A DNA stretch of 35,678 bases from Catajapyx aquilonaris. Its lineage: Eukaryota. The position numbers and the translations under genes were made by a program. The DNA lies in assembly GCA_000934665.2 (NCBI GenBank), contig KZ539052.1:1-35678 (forward strand), read 5' to 3'. This document shows positions 10,466 through 22,211 of this stretch, piece after piece. The notes below the pieces were generated by a model that made no database searches, was not told the DNA's origin, and was given only the letters and a program-made list of their open reading frames with translations. Position 1 is the first letter of the stretch; each line of letters starts with the position of its first letter.

Positions 10466-11149
10466 TACTTGTAAATATAGTAGTTGGATATTGAGGTTTC
10501 TTTGCAATTCAGACGTGACATGCCAGGATGCATACGTAAACAAAAGGAGATTTCCAAAAACGTAATGCTGTGCCTAAATAAACTGCGTTTAAGTTTCTTT
10601 ACTACTGTCAGCCTTTTTATAGCCCTTTTGCCGATTTTCATTAGCACATCCAAATACATTTTTGCCAATTGGTTACCATTCAAATGCACCCTCATATTGA
10701 TATAAAGCCTGAGCTGTTTAGCTTGCGCACACATAAAGGATGATTTGATGGAAATGTTCGCATTTCGCCCACCCAGGTTACCCTTTGTGGACGACTGGGC
10801 GTCTTGAACGGAAATTCCCCGATAAAATCGCTCTTACTCCCTCCATTAACATGTCGTTATGCATAATGACCTTCAGTGTACGATCTCAATCTTCGAAGGC
10901 AGCCTTTTAGAACATAAAATTTTCGCGTGCGCCATACTCCTCTTTACATGACGCCCAGGAGTTGGCTTATTACATTGTTAAAAAAAACACCCAAGATGCA
11001 GTCAGGAGAGGCAGTATACGTAGACTAAGATTATAACAACTGGTGAGTTTCGGTCTGCCCTGTCCTGTCCTGGGTCTGATCACATTCTTGTTCTTTTCGT
11101 TATCACCGAATACAAAGTCCTAAAGGTATGCTGCACCTGATAGATTTGG

Positions 11150-11292
11150 CAATCCTGTGAAAGTGGCCCCCGGCGGGGTTACCCATCGTGGGTCCACGTC
11201 CACATATTCTCAGAAGTGTTCAAAGAATGAGTGTATCGAGTTTCATACTTTTATCACAAAATGCAAAGTTAAAACACTCAGCATCCGGACTA
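11150..11292 (+). mobile_element. Solo terminal fragment related to the Academ-like element at 1-1984
   Basis: TTTCATACTTTTATCACAAAATGCA...CCGGACTA parallels GCTTTCATCATTAAATGCA...CCACTA (1929-1984). The left boundary is approximate. Confidence 0.45.
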
Positions 11293-11602
11293 TTAAAAAC
11301 AATTTAGGAAGATGGGAGAATATCCATTTAAATTTTTACACTTAAATATATATAAATATTTTCAAATATATTGTGATTGCCAAAGAAAATCAATGCATCG
11401 CTCCAATGCAATCCAAAAATATTTAGAGCTTATACAGTGATACTGAAATTTGTGAGGGAGATTCTAAACCTATTCTTAGCTCTCCTGTAAAAGTTATAAA
11501 ATGATATATTCGCCCTTTCTCCTTAATGCTGATGATATGTTGGTTATTCATTTTACAGTCACCCATGGACCATGGTAGATGAGTGGTCGCTCCAGTTTCC
11601 AG

Positions 11603-11897
11603 CCAAGTAAGAGGAAGTGACACTATACTGTATGTTGTAACCATATATCTTGGTGATTAGCATAATACAGCTGTCCTTGTGTGTATGATTGTGTATTCCT
11701 ACTCTTCACCAGAGTTTAATTCTCCTGGCACTCCGTAATGGCAGTTCGCATCCAAATAGCGGGATGTGCGGATTTGGTCTAAGGGATTTAGTTAAGGAAA
11801 CACTCTGTGTAGGCTACTGTACCAAGTAAGAGGAGACAACATACTCTACCCTGTACTGTACAGTAGCCCTACATTGTAACCATATCTTTGTGGTTAG
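11603..11897 (+). repeat. Diverged direct repeat, ~220-bp period
   Basis: CCAAGTAAGAGGA...TTGTAACCATAT..CTT.GTG.TTAG at ~11603-11660 and ~11822-11897. Confidence 0.7.
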
Positions 11898-12390
11898 TGC
11901 AATATTCCGCGGTTGTTGTCATTAAGATAGCTGCGATTATAGAAGTTTAACTAAATTACCTTTATTGCAAATTGAAGCTCTTGTCGACTGTGTAGTTTAA
12001 CCAGAATCGTAGATTGCAAGGCCTTCGGTACAGAGGGTTTCAGCTGTTGTTTATGACTAAAGGTGTCTACCTTAATTGGTAGCTTTAAAGGAGGGTAATT
12101 TTTGTTGACATTACAGTCGCACAGTTCTGATCAGATAATTAAATCACGCCTGTAATTTACATCTTGTCAACAGGATGCGCTCCAGAAAGTAATGTATTTG
12201 GATCCTAAACATGTTGCCGAGTGCCACTTTTAATATTTTCGATACATTACTATGGTCGTTATCCCATGAGTACTACATGTTCTCCGCTGTCCAAACTAGG
12301 TTCACAAAACGTGATGATTGGGCAAGTCCGCATATAAAAATAGTTGTAATATACTGTATACTGTATAGGTCCGCTTCCACACGTAAAGTA

Positions 12391-12589
12391 CCGTCAATTG
12401 GGGTGAGATTGTGCCAACTCATTTTTGGACCGACAACAGTGCGCCCTACTGTCAGCAAGCGAATTTAGCCATGTTTCACTACGTTAAGGAATGGTCAAAG
12501 TTGACAATGACGAGTAAAATTCGCGGCCTTGTTCAAAAAATTCGCTGTCACAATCTCACCCCACCTGTCACAATCTCACCCCAATTGAG
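12391..12589. mobile_element. TA-flanked pogo-type MITE (~200 bp)
   Basis: TA|CCGTCAATTGGGGTGAGATTGTG ... CACAATCTCACCCCAATTGAG|TA, a 20-bp perfect IR with a 2-bp loss at the right tip; tandem subterminal TGTCACAATCTCACCCCA x2. Confidence 0.85.
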
Positions 12590-13729
12590 TAGTCGGGGCA
12601 TTACAAAACTGGCCAAAATACATGACTTTTGTTCTAACATATAATTATGTCTTACACTCCTAAGAAGCTTGCCTAGTGAGTGTCTCCAAGTGCATCTCAG
12701 CAGTATCGTATATTATGCGTGGAGTGTCCCAAGGCATTCCGCGCAATAATGAGAGTAAACTTGCCCACTTTATTTTCCCACGCCCTTCCTGTCCTCCTAC
12801 GAGTGCAAAACAAATCTGCACCGGGTGCTGCCAAAAGTCATATCTGCACATGCATGTTTAATGTACACAAAGGCAAGCCCCGCCCCCTCATCCAATCCTT
12901 GCATGATTAGCAGTCCTGATTATGGCGCGAAAAGGGACTCACTGTGCCAACGAAAGCCTACAAGCTATACAACTGCAGCTCCAACAATCTACAGTAGCTG
13001 CTGCCGGGAAGATAAGTGATGGCGCAATTTCGCACGTGGGTTATAGGCCTAGCCCGTTTTGTGGCTTTAGGCCTATACCACCATCTTGTGGTGTAAACAG
13101 AGTGGAGCGGGAGGCAGGGGAAAGGGGACACTTCCTTGGAAACATCATTAAGATGGCGACGAGAAAGTCATTATTCGCCCTTCTCCTTGATAACCCCTTG
13201 CTTCCACATGCATATCTCGCTAACTCATTTCTTTGTTTTAATTACGTTTCAGAAAGGAAGTGGAGATTAAAACAAGGGGGTTGGAAGGGGGTGGAGAAGT
13301 GGGAGGGATTCATCTCGCGTCTCGGACTGACTTACAGTTCCCCCAAGCTCCTCTGACAAATATCCGAGCAGGCACAGCTGCATATCATTAACAGGCATGA
13401 TTAAACCTGAATGAGGTATAATGAAAGTCATTCCAGGCGATTAAGAAGCTTAGCTGCCTAACCGTCGGTGTTGGCGGTGAGCGGGAGAGAAAAGCAAGGG
13501 GGTGGCTGGGGATGGGAGGGATCTTCCTCGCACCTGGCAACACTCGCGGCCACCACTGCTTCTCCGCCAATAAGAAGGGCGCGAGGCCGAGCAAAGAGAC
13601 GCGACATTTCGGCGGCTGACGCTTCGGGTTCTGCATGGTTAATGCATGGCCAGTGTCGGACAACAGAGTGGCCACCCTAATTTATTGAACGCCCGTTTTG
13701 GACCGCAATTATTATGAGTAAAAGTTCAA

Positions 13730-14335
13730 CACCTGACCATATCCTGTTGCTACAGCCTCGCGTCATATTCTGACTCGCATCATGGGGTACGGTATATACC
13801 CAACCCTACTACTTCATCTCTCGAGTAAGTACCGTTTCGCAATTAAAATTTTTAATAATTTCTGCCAATAGCCATGACACACACCTTTAACTATCACTTG
13901 ACACAAACAATGTGTCGTTCCTACTCCGACTTTGAGCCATATGTTGCAAGCCGATGTCGTCTCTTGGTCTCTCCGTACATTCTGGCTTGACAATTTTTTG
14001 TGGGTGGTGAAACATCGTCACTCGATCCAAGATCTGAACCGTGGTCTGCACCATGATCCTGACCAGTTTTGAGGAACATTTTTGAACATTTCCATCACTT
14101 GTTATTACTGTATAGTCTATATCGTTACTAAAATATAGCAGAGTAAATATTTTCAGAAAGACCATGCGAAAAAGGAGCGATTTTTTGTCCCGTTTACTGG
14201 GAACTTCCAGTGCATACGTCATATCTCCTCGTGATGTCAGGTGATAAGCTCGAGATCGCTGACAGATGCCTAAGTAGTGGGTACTTTGACGGGACAAACT
14301 AGTTCGGACCCTGTAAACACCAGGTTGGGTCGTGC
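13730..14335 (-). pseudogene. Possible internally deleted piggyBac-type relic
   Basis: Minus-strand fragments read VMEMFKNVPQN..DHGSDLGSSDD (acidic N-terminus-like) joined to KRRHR...CVK**LKVC../LAEIIKNFNCET (Cys-rich C-terminus-like). There are weak CAC..GTG ends near a TTAA at 14336. Multiple stops and frameshifts. Confidence 0.35.
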
Positions 14336-15432
14336 TTAACGTAGTTTTCACTAGATCCAACAAAATTTAGTGTTAGAATTTGCAAATTAAATTTCAAACT
14401 TTGTATTGTAAACAGTCATTTACTAAGTTCAGTTCGTAGATAATTTTAATTATTTCTAAGTCACCAATAGCATATGGGGGAAGGTGCTAGCAAACTAAAA
14501 AGTCTTCAATAGTGGCACTTAATTGTATGCCAATTATCACGTTTGAAACATAAGTAAATTATCCTTTCATTCGTCAATAACGACTCTTATCAGTGTAGTT
14601 ATGAAGGGTGGTGGAATGGGTATTTCCTCTCAAACTTATAGGCTACGTGAAAACTTCTAAGACAATATTGCTTTGTCTGTTTGGAAAGTTTGGATTTATG
14701 GCGGGCATAATCGAATGATAATTTTCGTTTCGTAACCTGGGTGAAAAATAGGAAATGCACCTGCTGTTTCACAGTAATTCAAACTGCAATAGTGAACTCC
14801 TACGCACCAGCGTATCAGTATGGAAGGTGTTATGCAATAATAATAATGAGTCAACCCACATGAGAAAAGTATTGCGAAAAAAGGTTTTGAATGTCACCCC
14901 TGTGAAATTAATTCAGTGTCCTTTTCGGTCATTTATGGCAGAAGTATGCAGATTTCGCCAGATTGATTTTAACTGATTGAAGTACGATCCTTTGGGTATA
15001 TGTTCCTGGGCTTAACTCAATTTTGACATTTTTGTTGCATAACACCGTCCAGTTTATGAAAAGGTGCCATTTGGTGACCAAAAAAAATTCATTTTTTTAT
15101 TTAAGCGTATCGTGTGTTATTGACCAATTTTATTTTCAGATGTATTAGGCTTTCCCTGAGGCAAAGGATATGGAGCATGCATATAGACGGTAAAATGCAC
15201 TCTTAATGCTAATTGTCTCAAAATGTGGCTGCAGCTACCAAATGACACCTCTACTCATTTCATGAAGTGATAAACTGGTGCTCATGAGTTCACAGCACTA
15301 TAATCGTCACACTATAAAACAAATTTGTCAGCATTCGGTCAGAAAACGTGTCTGCACTATTCTATGCGTATGCAACTTACAAACTTGGTCAGGAATTTCA
15401 ACTTGCTCCGTCCTCCTCCTGCCTCAGTAGTG

Positions 15433-16067
15433 TGAAAAATCGGAGTCCCATGCCACTTCGGATATAGTAGACCAAAGTCCCACACGAGATGATTTAACGA
15501 ATTATAACATTATTTTCACGATTTTTAACGTTAATTTCACGTAAAGATGCGTAACGACCATTATTCCGTTGAGACGATTTTTATTTTTTATTTTTTTATT
15601 TTATTTTACCCCGTGATGTTCCTTACGGGAGCTATAGGGAGGTGGCATACCACCATCAGTTTTCTGTATATATATTTTCCCTTCATTCTCCGGTGCAAGG
15701 AAACATGGACAATTGGAAAGGATAGGGATTTTTGGGGAGGGAACATGGGTGCAAGGTGGTTTGTCGTATCTATGGGTCATGTGCTGTTCCCCAGGAGGTT
15801 AGGTCGCCAGACACCTCCTTGGTGCAAGTCAGAGACCCTCCTGACGCAGGTGAAAGGAAAGTTCCCCAGGCGGGGATCGAACCTGGGGCCTTTCACTCAG
15901 CAAGCCGAGACGTTACCATCTCGGCCACCACACCTCCCCCGTTGAGACGATATATTAGCGTGAAATGTCGTCAAAAGTTGTTAAAATCGTTAAAATATTG
16001 TAGGGGATTATCTGCCTTGGGACCCTGGTCTACTATATCCGAAGTGGCATGGGACTCCGATTTTTCA
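15433..16067. mobile_element. MITE with ~50-bp TIRs, carrying a SINE insertion; superfamily unresolved
   Basis: TGAAAAATCGGAGTCCCATGCCACTTCGGATATAGTAGACCA..GTCCCA (15433-15482) is inverted at 16018-16067. No clear TSD. Confidence 0.85.
15579..15938 (-). mobile_element. tRNA-derived SINE (family 2), full length, 13-bp TSD
   Basis: Minus-strand head with A box TGGCCGAGATGG and B box GGTTCGATCCC; 3' end ATCACGGGGTA plus an A-rich tail; TSD CCGTTGAGACGAT at 15566-15578 and 15939-15951. Confidence 0.95.
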
Positions 16068-17685
16068 GCCTCACCTTTCTAATCACCAGATAAAATTTGC
16101 CCTTGTCAAGCACGTATGTGGAGGAGCGAAATGATAGACTTTACATGCCATATTTTACTATCAATTCTATCATCACCTACTTTGTCCTTTTCGTAATCTT
16201 CAAAATATGCAAATCCATATTCATGTTTCATATATATCTTCAGAAATATTTTCAGCCTACCAACCATGTGCAATCAGTATGATTCACATCGCCCCAGCCC
16301 GTTATAAGAATAACTTCCCCGATGCACCCTACCAGGCCCTCTCTCCCCCGACAAATGATGGCCTCGATTGTTATTATAATAATGGTCCGCAACACCGCGC
16401 GCTTATGATAATCCCCGCATCACCCCACAAAAAGACAGGGCAAAATATCTGATGCAATCACCCGACCACAATGCAAACCCCGGAGCTCCTCTATACCTGG
16501 CCCCCTTATTATTGCTCGGGCTCATGAATGTCCAGGATGATGCTCCGCTATCCCCCTAGACCAACCCCGGATAAAGTCTTTTCCGGGGTAGCTAGCTAGG
16601 GCTAGCCAGGCCTCCATCCGATTTGACAATCTACAAAACCACAATGCGATTCAAGCCCCAGAAGCACAACGGTTCCAACCGACGTAATTGAAACAAACCC
16701 AATTACCTTTCATTTTCCTGGCAAAGAAGAAGCACAAAAAAAGCCTCTTTTTGCCCCCCCCCCCTCCCCTAGCTCTCTACCCCCCCTAGGGGGGGTCCTG
16801 GCCAATAGTCAGGGTTTGGAAAAGAGGAGTAATTTCCAAAGCAGTGCTAGTTTTACTGGAAGGCATTGCTCATTGTTTACTGCATAATATATCATATGAG
16901 GCGAATAACTTCCAACCGGTTATCCCTATTCCCGGTATTTTTTTTTTCTGTTGTAGGGTGGAGGGGTAAGGGAGAAGGGGAGGTGCGCCTCGCCATCACT
17001 GCATATTCTGCAGGGTATGCGTTATAATTTTATTTTGGGCATGCACAGCCTGCAAGGCATAGCTGTCCTCCAGGGTTTACCTGTCGGTTTGCTCTTTCCG
17101 TTCGTTGTTTTTGGACGACTCCAAAATGTAATGCGTATGAGCTTCGCTTGGGTTTTATGGAAAACCACAAGGTAAAAGGGGTTGCTTATGTTTCTGGCGC
17201 AACATGGGACCTATAATTGCTGTCCTATGTTCTGGGAGGGTCCTAAGCATGCAGGGATTTCACGTCACTTCTGGGCCAAACGTTTGGAGTGTTTTGAACT
17301 TGGGCTCAATAGATGGTTACAGTGGGTGTCGCGTTTCATAGAAAGTGACGGAGTTCCCTAAAGTACATGGGAAAAATGGCTTTCGATAATGAGTTGTGGT
17401 GGAAATTAAATGTAGGGGATAATCCAATATGTGGCTCCCTAGCGCGTAATTTGAAATACAAAAAGTTCAATTTTCGCATACAGGGTGATCAGATAGTCTT
17501 ATCCTAAATCAATTTTGAGACCAGTGCTTTCAATTGACTGCTAGAGAGTAAAGTACAGGTAACGCCTTCGTGGAACTCTCGAGCAATAATTATGACAAAT
17601 TTAATGAACCCACTTAAGATATGATGTTTGTACTACGGATTCGTGACACAAGGAGATCTGAACAGCATATTTGAATTTATTATTA

Positions 17686-17949
17686 ATATAATAATGGATA
17701 CCCCGTGATAGGCCCCTTGGGCCTCTTAGGGGATCATCTTTTGAATAACCGACTTTAATAATTTGCCTGTAATGTGATGGATTTTGATAGTGGGAGGAAA
17801 CGGGAGAACCCCGAGAAAACCCACGCGAACACGGAGAGAACCCATCGAAACTCTATCCACATAAATATCCTCCGTCCGACCCGGGGATCGAACTCGGGAC
17901 CTTAGAGGTGGAAGGCTGCGGCGCTAACCACTCGGCCACCGTGTCGCCC
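17686..17949 (-). mobile_element. tRNA-derived SINE (family 3) with a V-domain-like core, 15-bp TSD
   Basis: Minus-strand A box TGGCCGAGTGG and B box GAGTTCGATCCC. The core GTTCTCTCCGTGTTCGCGTGGGTTTTCTCGGGGTTCTCCCGTTTCCTCCCAC matches the V-SINE consensus pattern. 3' end ATCACGGGGTA; TSD TTGAATTTATTATTA at 17671-17685 and 17950-17964. Confidence 0.9.
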
Positions 17950-17953
17950 TTGA

Positions 17954-18135
<182 letters not shown>

Positions 18136-18137
18136 TT

Positions 18138-18251
18138 CACGGCGTTTCCCAAACAGATATGGTGTTGCCACCGGATATTGAGGATGAGGTCCTTAATATC
18201 ATCATGCTCAATATCCGCTGGCAACCCCATATCTGTTTGGGAAACGCCGTG
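18138..18251. mobile_element. Hairpin MITE, 114 bp, CACGG termini (Chapaev/Transib-type ends)
   Basis: 50-bp arms CACGGCGTTTCCCAAACAGATATGG.GTTGCCA.CGGATATTGAG.ATGA with 3 mismatches. The TSD is not recognisable in the microsatellite context. Confidence 0.85.
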
Positions 18252-18276
18252 AAGATGATGATGATAACAATAATAA

Positions 18277-18632
18277 TTTTACCCCGTGATAGGGCTCTAA
18301 TCCCTTGTCGGGAGGTGGCACACCACAATCCTTTTTCTAGTGTACAGGCAGGCCTATACGTATAGCCTATACTTTTTTCCTTCAATCTCCGGTGCAAGGA
18401 ATCAAGGATATTGGGTAAGGATGGGGATTTTCGGGGAGGGGACACGGATGCAGGTGCAATGTCTCATACTGGGCCATGTGCAGTCCCCCAGGAGGTTAGG
18501 TTGCCAGACACCTCCAAGGCGCGGGTCAGAGACCCTCCCGACGCGACTGAAAGGGAGCTGCCAGGCGGGGATCGAACCTGGGACCTTTCACTCAGCAAGC
18601 CGAGACGTTACCATCTCGGCCACCACACCTCC
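18277..18632 (-). mobile_element. tRNA-derived SINE (family 2), second copy
   Basis: Colinear with 15579-15938: near-identical head CCTTTCACTCAGCAAGCCGAGACGTTACCATCTCGGCCACCACACCTCC, shared CCCCAGGAGGTTAGGT.GCCAGACACCTCC, TCTCCGGTGCAAGGAA and TTTTACCCCGTGAT. Confidence 0.95.
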
Positions 18633-19732
18633 GGACCTCCCCGTATATTTGAATATACATTATTAATAAAAATTGGAGTTGATAATAATTATATGAATGT
18701 GCACATACACATAAAAAGCTGATATCATCTGACTCTAAATGGCGATATTTCAATCCCAATAATTAGATATCCATCGCTCAAAATATAAGCAGTATTTGCT
18801 CTTCCGCGGTATAAATTGGGCTCCATCATGGATGAGCCTAACGCATTTACTCTGCTGTGGCCGTCAGAGTCAAAGACGGGCTATAATTTCAATTAAGCTT
18901 TACTTTATTAGGACAAACTTCCCAGGCCACCTTACACTAACCTTAATGCCATCACCGTGGCCAACTCTCAAGGGATACTTTAATAAACACTTTCATTTTT
19001 TTCCCCCTCCTCAAAACACATTTTTTTCACCCTCATTATGTGAAGCGAAAAACTGTCTCCTATTGAATAATTAGGCGAGGATGAAATGAGAGGATGGGGG
19101 ACAGGACAATTACTCGACAGTTACTTAGTACGAAAAAGATAGCGTGATACAAGAAGGGTACGAGTTGGCATGAGTCAAGTTAGATGGTGGAAGATTTTTT
19201 TTTGGGGGGGGGGGGTGGAGGGGGAATTTGGAAGGCTTGGGGGAAGGAGGGGCACAAAATAGATGGGAAGACAGCTTCGGCTTGATCTTGATGGAAGACT
19301 GAACCGTTTCTTCGCCCCGTGATCTGATTAAGAACCAGCACGATCAATGGCTTGTTTGCAGGCCACCCCAGCCCTTTGTCAGCGTCTTTCTTTCTTTTTT
19401 TTCCTTCTTCCTCAGTGCCTTTTTCCAAACTCTAGGGATGCCCTGGTCCTTTTTCACCCTTTAGCACCTGCAATTTTTAAGTGTCGCCGCATCAGCCCGC
19501 AGCCATTTTGAGTCTCGGCTGACCTCCAACCAGCTTATCTTTGTCTGGGAAGAATGATAATATGCCAGCAAGGCTGGAGGGGCTTGGATAAGCTTTTACT
19601 CTCTTCCGGATATCGATTCAGCACAAATCAGTCGATACTGATTGCTTTTGACTTTGTCCTCATGGACCGTGCCGCTCCATTCGATACTGGTTTCTAACCG
19701 GTGTCCACAAAGTGAAATAAAACATCCGCTTT

Positions 19733-20436
19733 GGGACGCTCCATAAATAACTGTTTACGTAACGCTTTTAGCTCGTGAGGGTGATCCCAGCGTTACGATG
19801 CGTTACAATGACAGGATGGGGTTGCAACACAATAGTGTTCTGGTCGAAAAGTATTAAAAACCGAAAAAAAAGGCCGAATAAAAAATTTATGTGCAAAAGG
19901 AAAGTCCAACTGAGCTTTTGCTTTCATGTCAGATAGGGGCGATTATTTTTGTTATTTGGCACTCGAAAGAGTTACTCCATCTTGAGCACCATGGAGTGAT
20001 GTCAAAGTTTCCGTAATTCCAACATGAATCAACCGTCATTATCAGCTGACATTGAAAAAACTACCATACCTGAGTTTGAGTATAGGGCAAGTATTTTACA
20101 TATGCAGGCATTTAAAGGGTATTTTTTTTAAAGTCTGTTTGTCAATGGTAAAAAATGAGTTAATGGTGTTACATTTACCGTCATGATGAATACTATATAA
20201 TTTACCATCTGCAAGAGCTAAAGTAGCAAAAGTGGAAATGTTGTCCTATTAACAACAGAAAAACCCTATTCCCCTTCCCCATTTCTCCTTCACCATTTCA
20301 AGTATTGTTTAACAATTTCGCATTGTTATCCAATCAAGACTGATTCACTTATTTTAATCATGCCTGTAATTTCTAGCTTCCCCGTTCCTAGTTCTTCTCG
20401 ACTGACTCGTATATTCATCGTACTACGTACGGCCCC
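19733..20436. mobile_element. Possible old GGGG-ended MITE related to 2261-2669
   Basis: Left GGGACGCTCCATAAATAA followed by CGTAACGC/GCGTTACG repeats; right TACGTACGGCCCC. Highly diverged. Confidence 0.3.
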
Positions 20437-20475
20437 TTGTTAGTTGTATCATACAGTGCGGGCCTTTAACGCATA

Positions 20476-20721
20476 CAGGGCGGTGTACTGGTGAAGTTCA
20501 CAGTTAAAAGACGGACAGGAAAAAGCTATGGGTTATTTACCCTTGAAATCGGTTTATAGGGAAGAAACCCATTGTATGAAGAAAAAAAAATCAGGGTCAA
20601 ATTGCCTTGTCGGGATTGTTGATTCTCTTGAAACTGATTGCTGAGGTCAAACAAGCCATAACCTTTCTCCATACACCCCTCCCTATACTTGAACTGTGGT
20701 CTTGGACAGTGTAGAACCCTG
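20476..20721. mobile_element. Decayed Tc1/mariner-type MITE
   Basis: TA|CAGGG...CCCTG|TA with patchy inverted matches (CACAGTT / AACTGTG; GGAAAAAGCTATGGGTT / AAGCCATAACCTTTCTCC). Confidence 0.55.
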
Positions 20722-21803
20722 TACGCAGTTAAAAATTGATGTAATTTTATAATAAGCTGTCCTTAGGGCAGCAAGCTTCACGCTGTGTCATGTGAGGCAT
20801 GACTTGATCACTCGCCCACGAGGGGCGATATACCGTAGGGATAAAGCAATAATATTGCACTCACTCTTAGTATTGGGTGTTGGAAATAAAACTGACACTT
20901 ATTAGTGAAAAATATTCTAAAACACGAGCTCTAACAGCAACGACGGTAAGATTCCATTTTGAGGAAGATCTATTTTTGTCATTTCAATCATGTTTCATAT
21001 GCGCTGCACGATTGCACACAGGGTTTTTTTGAAAAGCAATAGATGCAGTGATGAAAACTTGAAAGTCGATGAGCACTGATTTAATAGTACACGCACGAAC
21101 AGAATATGAAAAATGCAGTGTTTCTAAAGGTACACCCTTCCCTTCCTATCGGATTTCGATTCCCTGTAAATTTCTAACAGTAAAATACGCATGTTTATTT
21201 TGACGAAATTGTTGCGCCACTGACGTGAATAATAATACCTATCTTGCTGGTTTTCCTTAAAGCATGTGTTACCTGACAGTGGGTCATCTAACCTGCAGGA
21301 TAGTTAGCAAAAATATCCTTATTATACTGTATTACAGTGAATCCGTAATGGAACCGTCAAATTCAACTAGACTAAAGCAATAATATTCGTCTTCGAAGGA
21401 AAAAGAAAAGCGCTGTATAACTCCGAGATTATGGGCCCTTTGGAACACACTGTGGAGTGACAAACTGCTGGGTGTTGCTGTTATACCGAATAATTATACC
21501 TCATTAATATTGGGCATTGTCATATAATGAGGCATTAAGCAGCTGCAATATTCTCATAGATCTATACTTTTTATTTAAATTAATGGCTGTATGTTAGTGT
21601 TTCATCCTTGAAGGTCTGCAACACACTCTCTGGAAAGATTGTCATGAAGATCTTACCAGACGTGAATTACTTATCCCCTTCATCCACCCAAATATTAAGA
21701 TTCTGCTTTACTTCTGGGATGGCCTATATGTGTGAGAGCATATACTTCATATTGTAGATGAAATCATCATGTATTATTAATTTATTATGCACTATATAGC
21801 CTA

Positions 21804-22211
21804 CAGGGTGTATACGCATAAATCTGCCAATATGATACAGGTGGTAGGAGATGCATACCTATATACAGAGTATAGAAGAAGCATGACATGGGTCCTAAAA
21901 GCCGGCGACGATTCGTTTTGGAGATGTCGACCTTTGACATCGACGATGCCCATCCTTACAAATATGGATACCCCCGTGCATGCCTGGATTGCTGGTTGCT
22001 AGGGCCAGGGGCTCGCACTACCAGATCATTGCTCAATGGGCCTGACCCCAGCAACCAGCAATGCAGGCATGTATGGGGGTATCCATACATGTCAGGATAG
22101 ACATTGTAGACGTTGATGTCGTCGCCTCCCTTTCGGACCCATTACATGCTTCTTCTGTATTTATCCCCTACCACCCGTATCATTTTGGCAGATTTATTCG
22201 CATACAGCCTG
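21804..22211. mobile_element. Long-palindrome Tc1/mariner-type MITE, copy A
   Basis: TA|CAGGGTGTAT...ATACAGCCTG|TA; the arms are complementary along nearly the whole length (TCTGCCAA.ATGATAC, GAAGAAGCATG, TATGGATACCCCC, GCTGGTTGCT). Confidence 0.9.

Noticed and set aside
10333..10734. 133-aa minus-strand ORF
   Set aside because: It runs into a MITE and shows no motif or splice support.
14470..15420. Possible old pogo-type element (GGGGAAGGTGCTAGCAAA / AACTTGCTCCGTCCTCC)
   Set aside because: The end similarity is too weak to define TIRs or a TSD by eye.
17318..17620. Possible decayed mariner-type MITE (TACAGTGGGT..., internal TACAGGGTG)
   Set aside because: Only patchy inverted matches, and the boundaries are unsupported.
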